This document shows positions 47,690 through 57,098 of a stretch of DNA of 64,000 bases, one piece after another; within the stretch, counting starts at the first letter, position 1; every line of letters begins with the position of its first letter. The notes below the pieces were generated by a model. That model had not been told where the DNA came from and ran no database searches. It saw only the letters and a program-made list of their open reading frames with translations. The position numbers and the translations under genes are program-made. The DNA comes from Candidatus Levyibacteriota bacterium (GTDB lineage: Bacteria; Patescibacteriota; Microgenomatia; Levybacterales; UBA12049): assembly GCA_027459745.1 (NCBI GenBank), contig DAIDHL010000001.1:168290-232289 (forward strand), in the 5' to 3' direction.

Positions 47690-48883
47690 ATGGTAGAAGA
47701 AATTATTATGCGGCGAAAATTTCTCATCTTTCTTGCTATTGTATTCCTTTTTGGTTTATTTGTATTACCCAAGAGGACACTCGCGCAAAACACAAACACT
47801 CTCCCAGCAGTTATTCCAGACACGTATGTGAAAGGACAAGTTGCACAAATTGTAGCATCAGGATATACAACATCATACGGAACAAAAAGTTATTATGAAA
47901 AACTACAGATTCAAATTATTGAAGGAAAAGAAAAGGGGAAAATTGTTAATATAAATTTTCAAGGCGATTCAATGTTTGGCGATATACAAAAGCTCTCTGA
48001 TGGAGAACAAGTGGTTATTGATGAAAAACCAGATCCATCCGGAAAAATAACATACAGTATTTATGAAGCATACCGTCTAGGAAATTTTTGGTGGCTACTC
48101 GCAGCATTTTGTCTTTTTATTATTTTTGTCGCTGGAAAAAAAGGTGTTGGTGCATTGATCGGACTTTCGATTAGTATTGCGGTCATTACGCTTTATATTA
48201 TTCCACAAATTGTGAAAGGGGTTGATCCGCTAAGCGTTTGTATCAATGGCGCACTTGTTATTCTATTTTTTACGACGTATATTGCACATGGTGTGTCAGT
48301 AAAGACAACCGTAGCAATTATTGGTACTGGTTTATCTCTGCTTATTGCCGTTAACTTATCAACCGCACTGATGCCATTTTTACATCTTATTGGTTTGGGT
48401 AATATGGATGTTTACGACCTCCAGCTTGGAACAGGGAGTAAAGTAAATCCGCAGAGTCTTCTCTTAGGGGGTATTCTTATTGGAACATTGGGCGCACTAA
48501 ATGATATAACCACAACACAATCACTCACGATTTTTACCTTTGTTCGAGAGAATCCAACGCAAAAATTTTATCCTTTATTTCGCAAGGGCATGGAAATTGG
48601 AAAAGAACACATTGCCTCATTAATCAATACACTTATTCTGGCCTATGTAGGCGCAACCTTTGGCGCATTTATTTATATTGCCTTAAACCCTCAGAAAACG
48701 CCATTATGGGTCATACTTAATAATGAGACAACAATTGAAGATATGTTTCGAGCACTCATCAGTAGTAGTGCACTTATTCTGGCTGTTCCCATTACCACTG
48801 CACTTGCTTGTTTTATTTCGTTACGTGGAAAACATTATTTTTCCTCTATCTACTCTTTTATTTTCGCACTTATCCGTTCATAA
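47690..48883 (+). CDS. YibE/F family membrane protein
   Basis: Y.R, GKKG..ALIGL, IGTLGALNDIT..Q, G.EHI.S..NTL.LAY.G. Confidence 0.9.
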   Translation: MVEEIIMRRKFLIFLAIVFLFGLFVLPKRTLAQNTNTLPAVIPDTYVKGQVAQIVASGYTTSYGTKSYYEKLQIQIIEGKEKGKIVNINFQGDSMFGDIQKLSDGEQVVIDEKPDPSGKITYSIYEAYRLGNFWWLLAAFCLFIIFVAGKKGVGALIGLSISIAVITLYIIPQIVKGVDPLSVCINGALVILFFTTYIAHGVSVKTTVAIIGTGLSLLIAVNLSTALMPFLHLIGLGNMDVYDLQLGTGSKVNPQSLLLGGILIGTLGALNDITTTQSLTIFTFVRENPTQKFYPLFRKGMEIGKEHIASLINTLILAYVGATFGAFIYIALNPQKTPLWVILNNETTIEDMFRALISSSALILAVPITTALACFISLRGKHYFSSIYSFIFALIRS

Positions 48884-48914
48884 CGATTAAGCTCTAAAAT
48901 CTTCTTCAGATCTC

Positions 48915-48978
48915 TTGACAATATGCTCATTACATCGTATTATATCCCTATAAGGGGGATATGCCCGCAAGGGGCATA
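48915..48978 (+). promoter_or_regulatory. promoter with tandem CsoR/RcnR-type operators
   Basis: TTGACA(48915)-17-TATTAT; ATATCCC-N7-GGGATAT (48942-48962) and TATGCCC-N5-GGGCATA (48960-48978). Confidence 0.75.
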
Positions 48979-48983
48979 AATAT

Positions 48984-49259
48984 ATGGCATATCGACCAAA
49001 AGACACTGAGGAAAGAATAACTCATCGTCTCAAAATAGCTCGCGGTCATTTAGATAAAGTTATTTCCATGATGGAAAATGATACCTATTGCATTGATGTA
49101 CTTCATCAAATTCAGGCAGTTGAGGGTGGATTAAAAGAAACCGGAAACCTCGTTCTAGAAAATCATTTAAAGTCTTGTGTAGCTGATGCTATTAGTAAAG
49201 GGAAAACAGAAGAAACAATTGCAGAGGTAATGGAAGTTTTTAGGAGAAAACAATCATGA
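48984..49259 (+). CDS. CsoR/RcnR family metal-sensing repressor
   Basis: RL....GH, YCIDVL.QI.A, HLKSC (Cys-His-Cys ligand set). Confidence 0.92.
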   Translation: MAYRPKDTEERITHRLKIARGHLDKVISMMENDTYCIDVLHQIQAVEGGLKETGNLVLENHLKSCVADAISKGKTEETIAEVMEVFRRKQS

Positions 49260-50416
49260 ACATTATTTTCCATATACTAGAAGCATTAAAAATATCCCTT
49301 TATATGTTTTGGGAAGTATTATGGCCTCTTGTTTTAGGTTTTGCGCTTTCTGGAATTGTACAGGCTGTTGTATCTCATAAATCAATAGCAAAGCTACTGG
49401 GTAATGATTCACCAAAAAGTATTACCGTTGCTACACTGTTGGGTACAGCTTCAAGTTCTTGTTCATATGCTGCAATTGCTCTTGCACGGTCAATCTTTCA
49501 AAAAGGAGCAAGCTTTACATCTGCAATGGTATTTGAGCTTGCTTCAACAAATTTAGTTATTGAACTTGGAATTATTTTAGTCGTTTTGTTTGGATGGCAA
49601 TTTATGGCTGCCGAGTTTGTAGGCGGCATAATTATGGTAATTTTAATAGCCTTGATTTTCCGTTTTACTTTATCCCGACACTTAGTAGAAATAGCAAAGA
49701 AACAAGCTGAAAAAGGTTTGCAAGGAAGAATGGAAGGTCATGCTGCAATGGATATGAGCATAGAGTGGAAGGGCTCATTTATTTCAAAAATACTCAGTAA
49801 AAATGGCTTTACAACAGTTAGCCACTTTTACGTTATGGATTGGGCATCTGTCTGGACCGATATTGCACTTGGATTTTTGATTGCAGGGGCACTTGCTGCA
49901 TGGGTTCCACAATCTTTTTGGCAAGCATTTTTCTTAAAAGGTAACCCAACACTTGCAACAATTGAAGGACCTCTCGTTGGGCCATTGGTTGCTATTATTT
50001 CTTTTGTCTGTTCAGTTGGGAATGTACCTCTTGCAGCAGTGCTATGGAAAGGTGGAATAAGTTTTGGTGGGGTGGTAAGCTTTATTTTTGCTGATTTAAT
50101 TGTACTACCAGTGTTAGATATTTATCGCAAATATTATGGATGGAAGGTAATGAGCTATATTCTCATTACTTTTTACATCACTATGGCAGCTGCAGGATAT
50201 ATTATTGAATTCTTATTTAGCGCATTGCATGTTATCCCAACGGATCGAAATGTTGCTTTGATAACCCAAGGAGTTCACTGGAACTATACATCAATTCTTA
50301 ACATTATCTCCTTAATCATATCAGCTATTTTTATCTATCGCTTTTTTAAGACGAATGGAACTGCTATGCTTAAAATGATGAATATGTCTCTAAAGCAGAT
50401 GGAGCATCACCATTAA
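49256..50416 (+). CDS. DUF318/ArsP-type permease
   Basis: SSSCSY and FVCSVGNVP repeats, ASTN, His-rich tail. Confidence 0.85.
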   Translation: MNIIFHILEALKISLYMFWEVLWPLVLGFALSGIVQAVVSHKSIAKLLGNDSPKSITVATLLGTASSSCSYAAIALARSIFQKGASFTSAMVFELASTNLVIELGIILVVLFGWQFMAAEFVGGIIMVILIALIFRFTLSRHLVEIAKKQAEKGLQGRMEGHAAMDMSIEWKGSFISKILSKNGFTTVSHFYVMDWASVWTDIALGFLIAGALAAWVPQSFWQAFFLKGNPTLATIEGPLVGPLVAIISFVCSVGNVPLAAVLWKGGISFGGVVSFIFADLIVLPVLDIYRKYYGWKVMSYILITFYITMAAAGYIIEFLFSALHVIPTDRNVALITQGVHWNYTSILNIISLIISAIFIYRFFKTNGTAMLKMMNMSLKQMEHHH

Positions 50417-50454
50417 CTTAAAGGATTATAAAAGAATACTAAAGAAAATAATAT

Positions 50455-51498
50455 ATGAACCATTACAACATGCTTCTTAGTCATCTTGGTCTGGGCAAGT
50501 CTATGAATTCTATGGAGAAAGCATCATTCGAAGTTGCTTTGAAAGGTAAAAAACAAATAGCAGAAGGAATATATGAATTCGTTTTTGAAAAACCTAAGAA
50601 TTTTCATTTTAATGCAGGTCAGCATGTACGTATGACTCTTCTTAATCCTTCGGAAACTGATAAGAAGGGTAATAGCAGATTTCTAACACTAGCAAATACT
50701 CCACAAGATAAAGACCTTATTGTTGCTATGAGAATGACAGATTCGGCATTTAAGAGAGTTTTAGGAGAGATGCAAGTTGGAGAAAAAGTACTTATTCAAA
50801 TATTACTGCATAGTCCACATGGATCATTTGTAATATATGATGATCCCTCAATTCCTGCAGTATTTTTGGTAGGTGGAATTGGTATCGTTCCTGCTTACTC
50901 TATGATTAAAGACGCAATAGAAAGAAAGCTACAACACAAGATTTTCCTGTTCTATTCCAATAGACGACCAGAGGATGCTCCATATTTAGAAGAACTCCAA
51001 AATTTGGCAAAGCAAAATCCAAATTTCAAATTGATTGCAACTATGACAGAGCCGGAAAAATCAGCAAAATCATGGCAAGGACAAACGGGATATATAGATC
51101 AAGCCATGCTAAAGAATCATCTAAGTGATCTTAAATCTCCAATATACTATGAAGCTGGATTGACAAATATGGTAAATGCAATGAAAAAACTGCTTAAAGA
51201 TATAGGAATAAACGAAGACAGCATACATTCGGAAGATTTTTCTGGGCTTAAAATGGGGCTTATTAACATGACTAATAGTCCAACAGGAAATAAGAACCAT
51301 ATTTTGCTCATAGTAATCGCCTTGGTTTTACTAATCGTTATCGGTATACATGTTAGTATTGCTCTTTCAGTATATAAATCAATTTCTTTTAAAAGTATTT
51401 CTTATATTACGATAGGATTAATCCTTATCATTGTTATGTTTAAGGTCTTTGCTATATTCAAGTTCAAGCAGCATTTGTTAGATAGAAAGAATATATAA
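50455..51498 (+). CDS. FAD/NAD(P)-binding oxidoreductase (FNR-like) with C-terminal membrane anchor
   Basis: F.AGQ, R.LT.A..P, GGIGIVP, YSNR, SEDF; two terminal TM helices. Confidence 0.85.
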   Translation: MNHYNMLLSHLGLGKSMNSMEKASFEVALKGKKQIAEGIYEFVFEKPKNFHFNAGQHVRMTLLNPSETDKKGNSRFLTLANTPQDKDLIVAMRMTDSAFKRVLGEMQVGEKVLIQILLHSPHGSFVIYDDPSIPAVFLVGGIGIVPAYSMIKDAIERKLQHKIFLFYSNRRPEDAPYLEELQNLAKQNPNFKLIATMTEPEKSAKSWQGQTGYIDQAMLKNHLSDLKSPIYYEAGLTNMVNAMKKLLKDIGINEDSIHSEDFSGLKMGLINMTNSPTGNKNHILLIVIALVLLIVIGIHVSIALSVYKSISFKSISYITIGLILIIVMFKVFAIFKFKQHLLDRKNI

Positions 51499-51504
51499 AA
51501 ATAT

Positions 51505-52128
51505 ATGATTACATATACTTGCCCTATGCATCCTGAAGTGCAGCAGGATCATCAAGGGAATTGTCCGAAATGCGGTATGAAGCTCGCGTCAAAAGGTCAA
51601 GCTGCAACAATGCAAATGGATCATTCTTCTGAAACACAGAATAGTTACAAGCCGCTTTTTATTATTATTGGTCTCATACTACTAACAACTATGGCTCTCG
51701 GTTTGAGAAGTTTATTGACAGAGCAGTTTAGTTGGTCTGTTGTCATGATTAATTTTATGGCTGGATTTTTCTTGGTGTTTAGTGGATTTAAACTGATTAA
51801 TATTACAGGTTTTGCAGAAGGATATTCAACATATGATTTACTTGCAAAAAGGGTATTTGCCTATGGATATATTTATCCATTTCTTGAGCTAATGCTTGGG
51901 CTTTTGTATGCCATGCATATTACACCACCACTAGTTAATCTTTTTACTTTTATTCTGATGGCATTTAGTGGCATAGGAGTTGCAATAAAAGTTGCAAAAC
52001 ATGAGAAATTCCAATGTGCATGCCTTGGTACATTTTTAAAAGTTCCACTTACTAAAGTAACTCTGATTGAGGATTTTGGTATGGCAGCAATGGCGCTCGT
52101 AATGGTTGTCCTACTTTTTAGACACTAA
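51505..52128 (+). CDS. heavy-metal-binding (YTCPMHP) plus MauE/DoxX membrane protein
   Basis: YTCPMHPEV....G.CPKCGM; FSGFK, YDLLA, YPFLE, CACLG. Confidence 0.9.
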   Translation: MITYTCPMHPEVQQDHQGNCPKCGMKLASKGQAATMQMDHSSETQNSYKPLFIIIGLILLTTMALGLRSLLTEQFSWSVVMINFMAGFFLVFSGFKLINITGFAEGYSTYDLLAKRVFAYGYIYPFLELMLGLLYAMHITPPLVNLFTFILMAFSGIGVAIKVAKHEKFQCACLGTFLKVPLTKVTLIEDFGMAAMALVMVVLLFRH

Positions 52129-52593
52129 AATTGAGATAGCATCTCCGGGTTTTAAAATATAATTCTCGTAGAGATTATTTGCTTTCCCATTGACTATCAC
52201 TTTCATGCTATATCGGTTGCCTATAAAATAAGCAGCAAACTGTGTCTTGTTAAATATTATTCCCCAAGTTGTAAATATATCACCGAGTGTAAAGGGAAAT
52301 GGTTTTAAATAATGGACATGTATTTGTCCGCTATGCCCATCATGAACTTGTATGGGATGTAAGCATCCATCTTCAATTCCGATAGTATCGGGAAGGCCAT
52401 ATTGAATTCCCAGTATGACTATTTTTAACATTACCATATAATGCAGCGTTGCCTTCTCCTCATCAATACATTGTGTAAGTACTGAAAGATGATCATTTTG
52501 ATATTGAGCAGATGAAGTTTTGGAAGAAAGATAGAAATCTCGTGCAAGGATTCCAATAAGGGCAAAGAACAAAATTACACAAATGTATTTCAT
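52111..52593 (-). CDS. exported hypothetical protein with His-rich motif
   Basis: Signal anchor; IGI..GCLHP..HD..G.IHVH, FTLGD.F..WG, VNG. Confidence 0.7.
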   Translation of the reverse strand: MKYICVILFFALIGILARDFYLSSKTSSAQYQNDHLSVLTQCIDEEKATLHYMVMLKIVILGIQYGLPDTIGIEDGCLHPIQVHDGHSGQIHVHYLKPFPFTLGDIFTTWGIIFNKTQFAAYFIGNRYSMKVIVNGKANNLYENYILKPGDAISILVSKK

Positions 52594-52609
52594 ATTCTAA
52601 CTTTTATTA

Positions 52610-52646
52610 TTGCACTTTTAAAAGGATTTTCCTACAATATGTAGGA
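52610..52646 (+). promoter_or_regulatory. blaI-like promoter and operator 1
   Basis: TTGCAC-17-TACAAT; dyad TCCTAC-AATAT-GTAGGA (52630-52646). Confidence 0.8.
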
Positions 52647-53026
52647 TGAAACAAAAAGAGTTAAGCCACTTAGAGCAAGAGGTCATGGATATAGTGTGGG
52701 AGTTAAAGCAAGCTTCTATCCGGGATGTTCTCAATAAAATTAGCAAGGATAGGCAGCTTGCTTACAATACTATTGGCACAATTCTTACTAGGCTAGAGAA
52801 TAAAGGGTTAGTAATAAAGAAAGAAGGTGACGGTTCTTACCTTTATAAGCCAAAAATTTCAAAAGAATCATATGGTAAAGCGATTATTGATGGTTTTATG
52901 CAGAGAGTGATACATTCATTTGGTAAAACCGCTATTTCCTCATTTGCAGAAAGTATTGATAAACTTCCTGTTGAGGAACGTGAGGAATTGTTACGAATGC
53001 TTGAAAAACATGATACAAATAAATAA
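52646..53026 (+). CDS. BlaI/MecI/CopY family repressor
   Basis: LS.LE.EVM.IVW, LAYNT..T.L.RL..KG, Y.Y.P. Confidence 0.93.
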   Translation: MKQKELSHLEQEVMDIVWELKQASIRDVLNKISKDRQLAYNTIGTILTRLENKGLVIKKEGDGSYLYKPKISKESYGKAIIDGFMQRVIHSFGKTAISSFAESIDKLPVEEREELLRMLEKHDTNK

Positions 53027-54002
53027 GAATCTACTCATTTTTCTCAGTCTTGCTGTTGGACTTGGAGTGGGTGTCTTAGCTGTTCTTACTAAATTTATCC
53101 CACTCTTTATAGATCACACCGTTTACTACTGCCAGCATCTCGTTGGCTTCTTTTCAATGGAATTTCCTCACCAGATTAGTTTAATTGTCATAGGATTTTT
53201 TAGTATTATACTTTTCGTAACAATACTGAGGATGAGTTGGCTATTTATTGAAGTACACTTATTAAAACGCCAATTGATACAATATAGCAGTAAAAAATTT
53301 CAATTAAATAGGTTGTTACAGCAATATAACTTACAAAATAAAGTCTATCTGATCGAAAATAACCGAACATTTGCCTTCTGCTTTGGTATTCTTAATCCTA
53401 AAATTTATATTTCAACAAATTTACTTTCACTGATGAATGAGAAAGAAATAGAAGCGGTACTACTGCATGAGAAATACCACTTAAAACATAGAGATAGTTT
53501 AACAATGCTCATTGCAACAGTATTACAACACCTTTTTCCATTTTTCCCATTATTTTCTGACTTAATCAGAAACTATAAAATTGAAAGAGAGATTGCAGCA
53601 GATCAACAGGCAATACAAACACTTGGTACAGCACAACCAGTAACCGCAGTATTAAAGAAATTATTATGCATTCCCACTCTTACACTTCCAACAGTTTCAG
53701 CTCTTGCAGAGTATGAAACACTAAGGCCAAGAATTAAAGCAATTGTTGGTGAGCAGTATTCATATATTCGATTTAGTAAAGCAAAAATGCTTATTAGTTT
53801 TTCCGCAGTTGTCGTGATTATCAGTATGCTTGTCGTTCCAGTTCACGCAATGGAAATTCACAACCATAAACAAGATGTAATGATGGTATGTTTGCAAAGT
53901 GGAGGTTGTGTAACTGCATGTACAGATAAAAACGCAAGCACTCCTTATACTGTTCCTTACTCAACAGATAATGCTTCACATCCTTATTCAGTTGCAAAAT
54001 AA
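53010..54002 (+). CDS. M56 family membrane metallopeptidase (BlaR1 N-domain-like, no penicillin-binding domain)
   Basis: AFCFG..NP.I, LLHEKYH...RD, E..AD; ATG 53010 overlaps the repressor end; Cys-rich C-terminal tail. Confidence 0.9.
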   Translation: MIQINKNLLIFLSLAVGLGVGVLAVLTKFIPLFIDHTVYYCQHLVGFFSMEFPHQISLIVIGFFSIILFVTILRMSWLFIEVHLLKRQLIQYSSKKFQLNRLLQQYNLQNKVYLIENNRTFAFCFGILNPKIYISTNLLSLMNEKEIEAVLLHEKYHLKHRDSLTMLIATVLQHLFPFFPLFSDLIRNYKIEREIAADQQAIQTLGTAQPVTAVLKKLLCIPTLTLPTVSALAEYETLRPRIKAIVGEQYSYIRFSKAKMLISFSAVVVIISMLVVPVHAMEIHNHKQDVMMVCLQSGGCVTACTDKNASTPYTVPYSTDNASHPYSVAK

Positions 54003-54011
54003 TTTCTCCTC

Positions 54012-54050
54012 TTGACTTTTGTATTTATATACTCCTACAATAAGTAGGAG
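54012..54050 (+). promoter_or_regulatory. promoter and BlaI-type operator 2
   Basis: TTGACT-18-TACAAT; dyad CTCCTAC-AATAA-GTAGGAG (54032-54050). Confidence 0.8.
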
Positions 54051-54052
54051 GT

Positions 54053-54853
54053 ATGAGAAAAGCAAAAGAAGAAGTTATTAGACATCCTGGTGTCATTGAT
54101 CCAATAGAACCCACGCGTTTCAATTTGCGTATTCCTCGAAATATCAAAACAACGCCAATACTTGTAGTATTACTTATTATCGCTGCTTTCTTTTTGGGAA
54201 TGCTTACTACGAAAGTACAATATTTAGAAAAAGGGAATACTACGGTTGCTGGTGCTATTGCTCCAACACAAGCTGTTCAGGCAGGAAACCAACAACCACA
54301 ACCTACTCTTGGTAAACAAAATGTTGATAATGGACATTTTCCAGTAAAAGGCGATCCAAATGCAAAAGTAACAGTTATAGAATTTGGCGATTTTCGCTGT
54401 CCATTTTGTAAGAGATTCTTCACTGATGTTGAACCACAATTGCAAAAAGATTATATAGACACAGGCAAAGTAAAATTCTACTTCCGGCAGTACGCATTTT
54501 TAGGACCAGCATCAACAGTTGCGGCCAATGCTGCAGAGTGTGCGAATGAACAAAACAAATTCTGGGATTTTCATGATTACTTATATAAAAACCAGCCATC
54601 CGAAACTGATACGTCAATATACACTACAGATAATTTAACACAAATTGTAGGCAACCTCGGTATGGATACAGATCAATTTAGAACATGCTTAGATGGTAAA
54701 AAGTATGACAAAAATGTCAGTGATGATTTAGCTGCAGGACAAAAAGTAGGTGTCAATGCAACGCCAACTTTTTATATTGATGGTAATCAGCTTGTCGGTG
54801 CACAGCCTTATTCAGCGTTTCAAACAATTATAGATCAAGAGTTGAAGAAATAA
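54053..54853 (+). CDS. DsbA family thiol-disulfide oxidoreductase
   Basis: G.PNA.VT..EF.DF.CPFC, GV.ATP cis-Pro loop, GAQP; N-terminal TM helix. Confidence 0.93.
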   Translation: MRKAKEEVIRHPGVIDPIEPTRFNLRIPRNIKTTPILVVLLIIAAFFLGMLTTKVQYLEKGNTTVAGAIAPTQAVQAGNQQPQPTLGKQNVDNGHFPVKGDPNAKVTVIEFGDFRCPFCKRFFTDVEPQLQKDYIDTGKVKFYFRQYAFLGPASTVAANAAECANEQNKFWDFHDYLYKNQPSETDTSIYTTDNLTQIVGNLGMDTDQFRTCLDGKKYDKNVSDDLAAGQKVGVNATPTFYIDGNQLVGAQPYSAFQTIIDQELKK

Positions 54854-54858
54854 TATGT

Positions 54859-55368
54859 ATGGTATCAATTCGAAAAATATTCCTGCCCACTATCGTTATT
54901 TCAGTTTTTTATATTCTCCTTTTTACGTACTTTCGTAACTTCAATCTTGTTAATACAACACTCATAAATAATACACCGATTCTCTATAAAATAAAGCTGT
55001 TTTCTATCCTTATTGAAGGACTTTCCTCAACGATGACTCAAGTGGGTTTACTTTTAATGTTTCTGACCGGATTTCTAATAGGGTTAAATCTAACGCTGAT
55101 GTTTCAAAAAGTCGCATTTTTAAAACAAGCGGGATCTGTAAAGTTTGTTGCAGGTGGCAGTTCTTTTTTTGGAGTAATTAGCGGAGGCTGTGCATCTTGT
55201 GGGCTGCCTGTTCTATCTCTATTTGGATTAAGTGGCGCAGTTGCTTATCTTCCTTTTAAAGGTGTTGAATTACCATATATTTCTCTTATCCTCCTTTCTG
55301 CATCACTGTTTTTCTTATTACGAAATAAAACCCAACTGCAAGTCTGCGAAGTCAAAAAGACAAAATGA
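54859..55368 (+). CDS. membrane protein with GCASC motif
   Basis: Several TM helices; GGCASCG. Confidence 0.75.
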   Translation: MVSIRKIFLPTIVISVFYILLFTYFRNFNLVNTTLINNTPILYKIKLFSILIEGLSSTMTQVGLLLMFLTGFLIGLNLTLMFQKVAFLKQAGSVKFVAGGSSFFGVISGGCASCGLPVLSLFGLSGAVAYLPFKGVELPYISLILLSASLFFLLRNKTQLQVCEVKKTK

Positions 55369-56336
55369 AAAAACATTCAATTTTACTGCCTAAATCAAGA
55401 GTACGCTTAGTAGCGATAGTCTTTATTTTGCTACCACTCTTTATCGTTGGATTATATTATGTACGTTCAGCACCTTCTGTCCAAAAAACAGCAATAAATC
55501 TTGCTTATGATACAAGAAAAATTCCAGTTGTTGGACATCTCATTCCTCTTTCCTGGTTACCAAAACGAGATGTTGCCGAAGAGGTATTACCTAAAGAAGG
55601 ATTTCAAACACAAATTATACTTGGCGATGTCATTCCAAAAATGGTGAAAGTTGGTGTTATTGATCCAGCAAAGATTGAAGATTTGTACAAAAACGACAAG
55701 AGTACACAACAACAAATTAAGCAATTGCTTTCTCAATCATCAAATGCACCCCTTACAATTAACTCAAGTAATACCTTATGGTTATTAAATCTTCTCTGGC
55801 CGTTAGGACTTGCAAACAAAATGAAAGTGAATGAGCAAAGCCAAGTTGCTGGTGCAGACGTTAATAACTTTGCTTCAACTGGTGGGTGGACACTTGGAAA
55901 AGCAGACAGTGGCGGTGGATATTTTAATAAATACCAAATACTTCCATTAACTTCGCAGCAAGAACAAAGAGTAAAAACGATTGCTGATACAATTCATAGG
56001 CCATGTTGTAATAATTCTGCTTTTTTCCAAGACTGCAATCATGGTTCTGCAATGCTCGGACTTGTAGAGCTTGGAGTAAAAGAAGGATTATCAGATGAAG
56101 AGATCTACAAAACTGCGCTTGCATTTAACTCATTCTGGTTTCCGCAAAACTATATGGAAACGGCATTGTATTTTGAGAAAGTAAAAGGGCAAGATTGGGA
56201 AGAAATTGATTCCAAATTGATTTTATCAAAGCAATACTCGAGTATTAGTGGATGGATGGCAAATGTTGATACGGTTGCTCGAAAAACACCTGGTCTAATA
56301 CCAACTACACAAAATGGTGGTAGTTGTGCGGTATAG
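55365..56336 (+). CDS. exported Cys-rich hypothetical protein
   Basis: TM anchor; RPCCNN, DCNHG.AMLG, terminal GGSC. Confidence 0.75.
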   Translation: MKKHSILLPKSRVRLVAIVFILLPLFIVGLYYVRSAPSVQKTAINLAYDTRKIPVVGHLIPLSWLPKRDVAEEVLPKEGFQTQIILGDVIPKMVKVGVIDPAKIEDLYKNDKSTQQQIKQLLSQSSNAPLTINSSNTLWLLNLLWPLGLANKMKVNEQSQVAGADVNNFASTGGWTLGKADSGGGYFNKYQILPLTSQQEQRVKTIADTIHRPCCNNSAFFQDCNHGSAMLGLVELGVKEGLSDEEIYKTALAFNSFWFPQNYMETALYFEKVKGQDWEEIDSKLILSKQYSSISGWMANVDTVARKTPGLIPTTQNGGSCAV

Positions 56337-56367
56337 TTTTTCGGTATAATAACTGATGTAAAATTAC

Positions 56368-57063
56368 TTGTATATGAAACGTCAACAAATTCTTATAGGG
56401 ATTGTTCTAATTGCTACAGTAGCATTAGGATACTTTGTGCTTAATCCATCAGCACTTATTTCACTCATAAATCCAAATAATCCAGATGTGGTACATGCGC
56501 AATTACTTTCTACCTATAACTCAATTCCTACCTCATCTGGAAAGAACGCATTTTTGAAACAAAGTAATAATCTGACCACAAAAGTTGATACGGAATTAGC
56601 AGATTTAGATAGCGAAATTATTTCTTGTGACGCAAATGTTGATAATCTCATGTCTACTGGTAGTATTGGTGGCAGTTGTGTAGGTGGTGGTACAACGTTG
56701 CCAACTGCAAAAGGAAAGTTCTTAGGTGGACAATGCTGTGGAGCCATGACTACTACCAAAGATTATCATGCGCAACTACAGAAGTTGCAGGTATATAAAA
56801 ATATTCCAGATATGCCTCTAAATCCCTATAAAACGCCAGTAGAATTAGCAAAAAAATGGATTGATGTTGATAAATCAACAACCTTATCAGCAGACCAGCA
56901 AAAAGTCTTTAATCAAGCATTAAGCATGTCAAAGGAAGGGCCATGTTGCTGTAAGTGTTGGCATTATTATGTGAATGAAGGGATTGCAAAAAAGATGATT
57001 CAAGATAACGGGTGGACTGGACAACAAGTTGCACAATTTTGGGATAATTCTAGTATTTGCTAA
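56368..57063 (+). CDS. exported Cys-rich hypothetical protein
   Basis: TM anchor; GGQCCG, GPCCCKCWH, terminal Cys. Confidence 0.75.
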   Translation: MYMKRQQILIGIVLIATVALGYFVLNPSALISLINPNNPDVVHAQLLSTYNSIPTSSGKNAFLKQSNNLTTKVDTELADLDSEIISCDANVDNLMSTGSIGGSCVGGGTTLPTAKGKFLGGQCCGAMTTTKDYHAQLQKLQVYKNIPDMPLNPYKTPVELAKKWIDVDKSTTLSADQQKVFNQALSMSKEGPCCCKCWHYYVNEGIAKKMIQDNGWTGQQVAQFWDNSSIC

Positions 57064-57077
57064 AAATCTTTACTATA

Positions 57078-57090
57078 CTACGTCTTGTAG
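57078..57090. promoter_or_regulatory. candidate BlaI-type operator 3
   Basis: CTAC-GTCTT-GTAG, 8 nt before ATG 57099. Confidence 0.55.
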
Positions 57091-57098
57091 GAACTGTT

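Noticed and set aside
52646-54002. Beta-lactam resistance (blaI/blaR1/blaZ) locus
   Set aside because: The M56 protein has no penicillin-binding domain and no beta-lactamase or PBP gene is nearby
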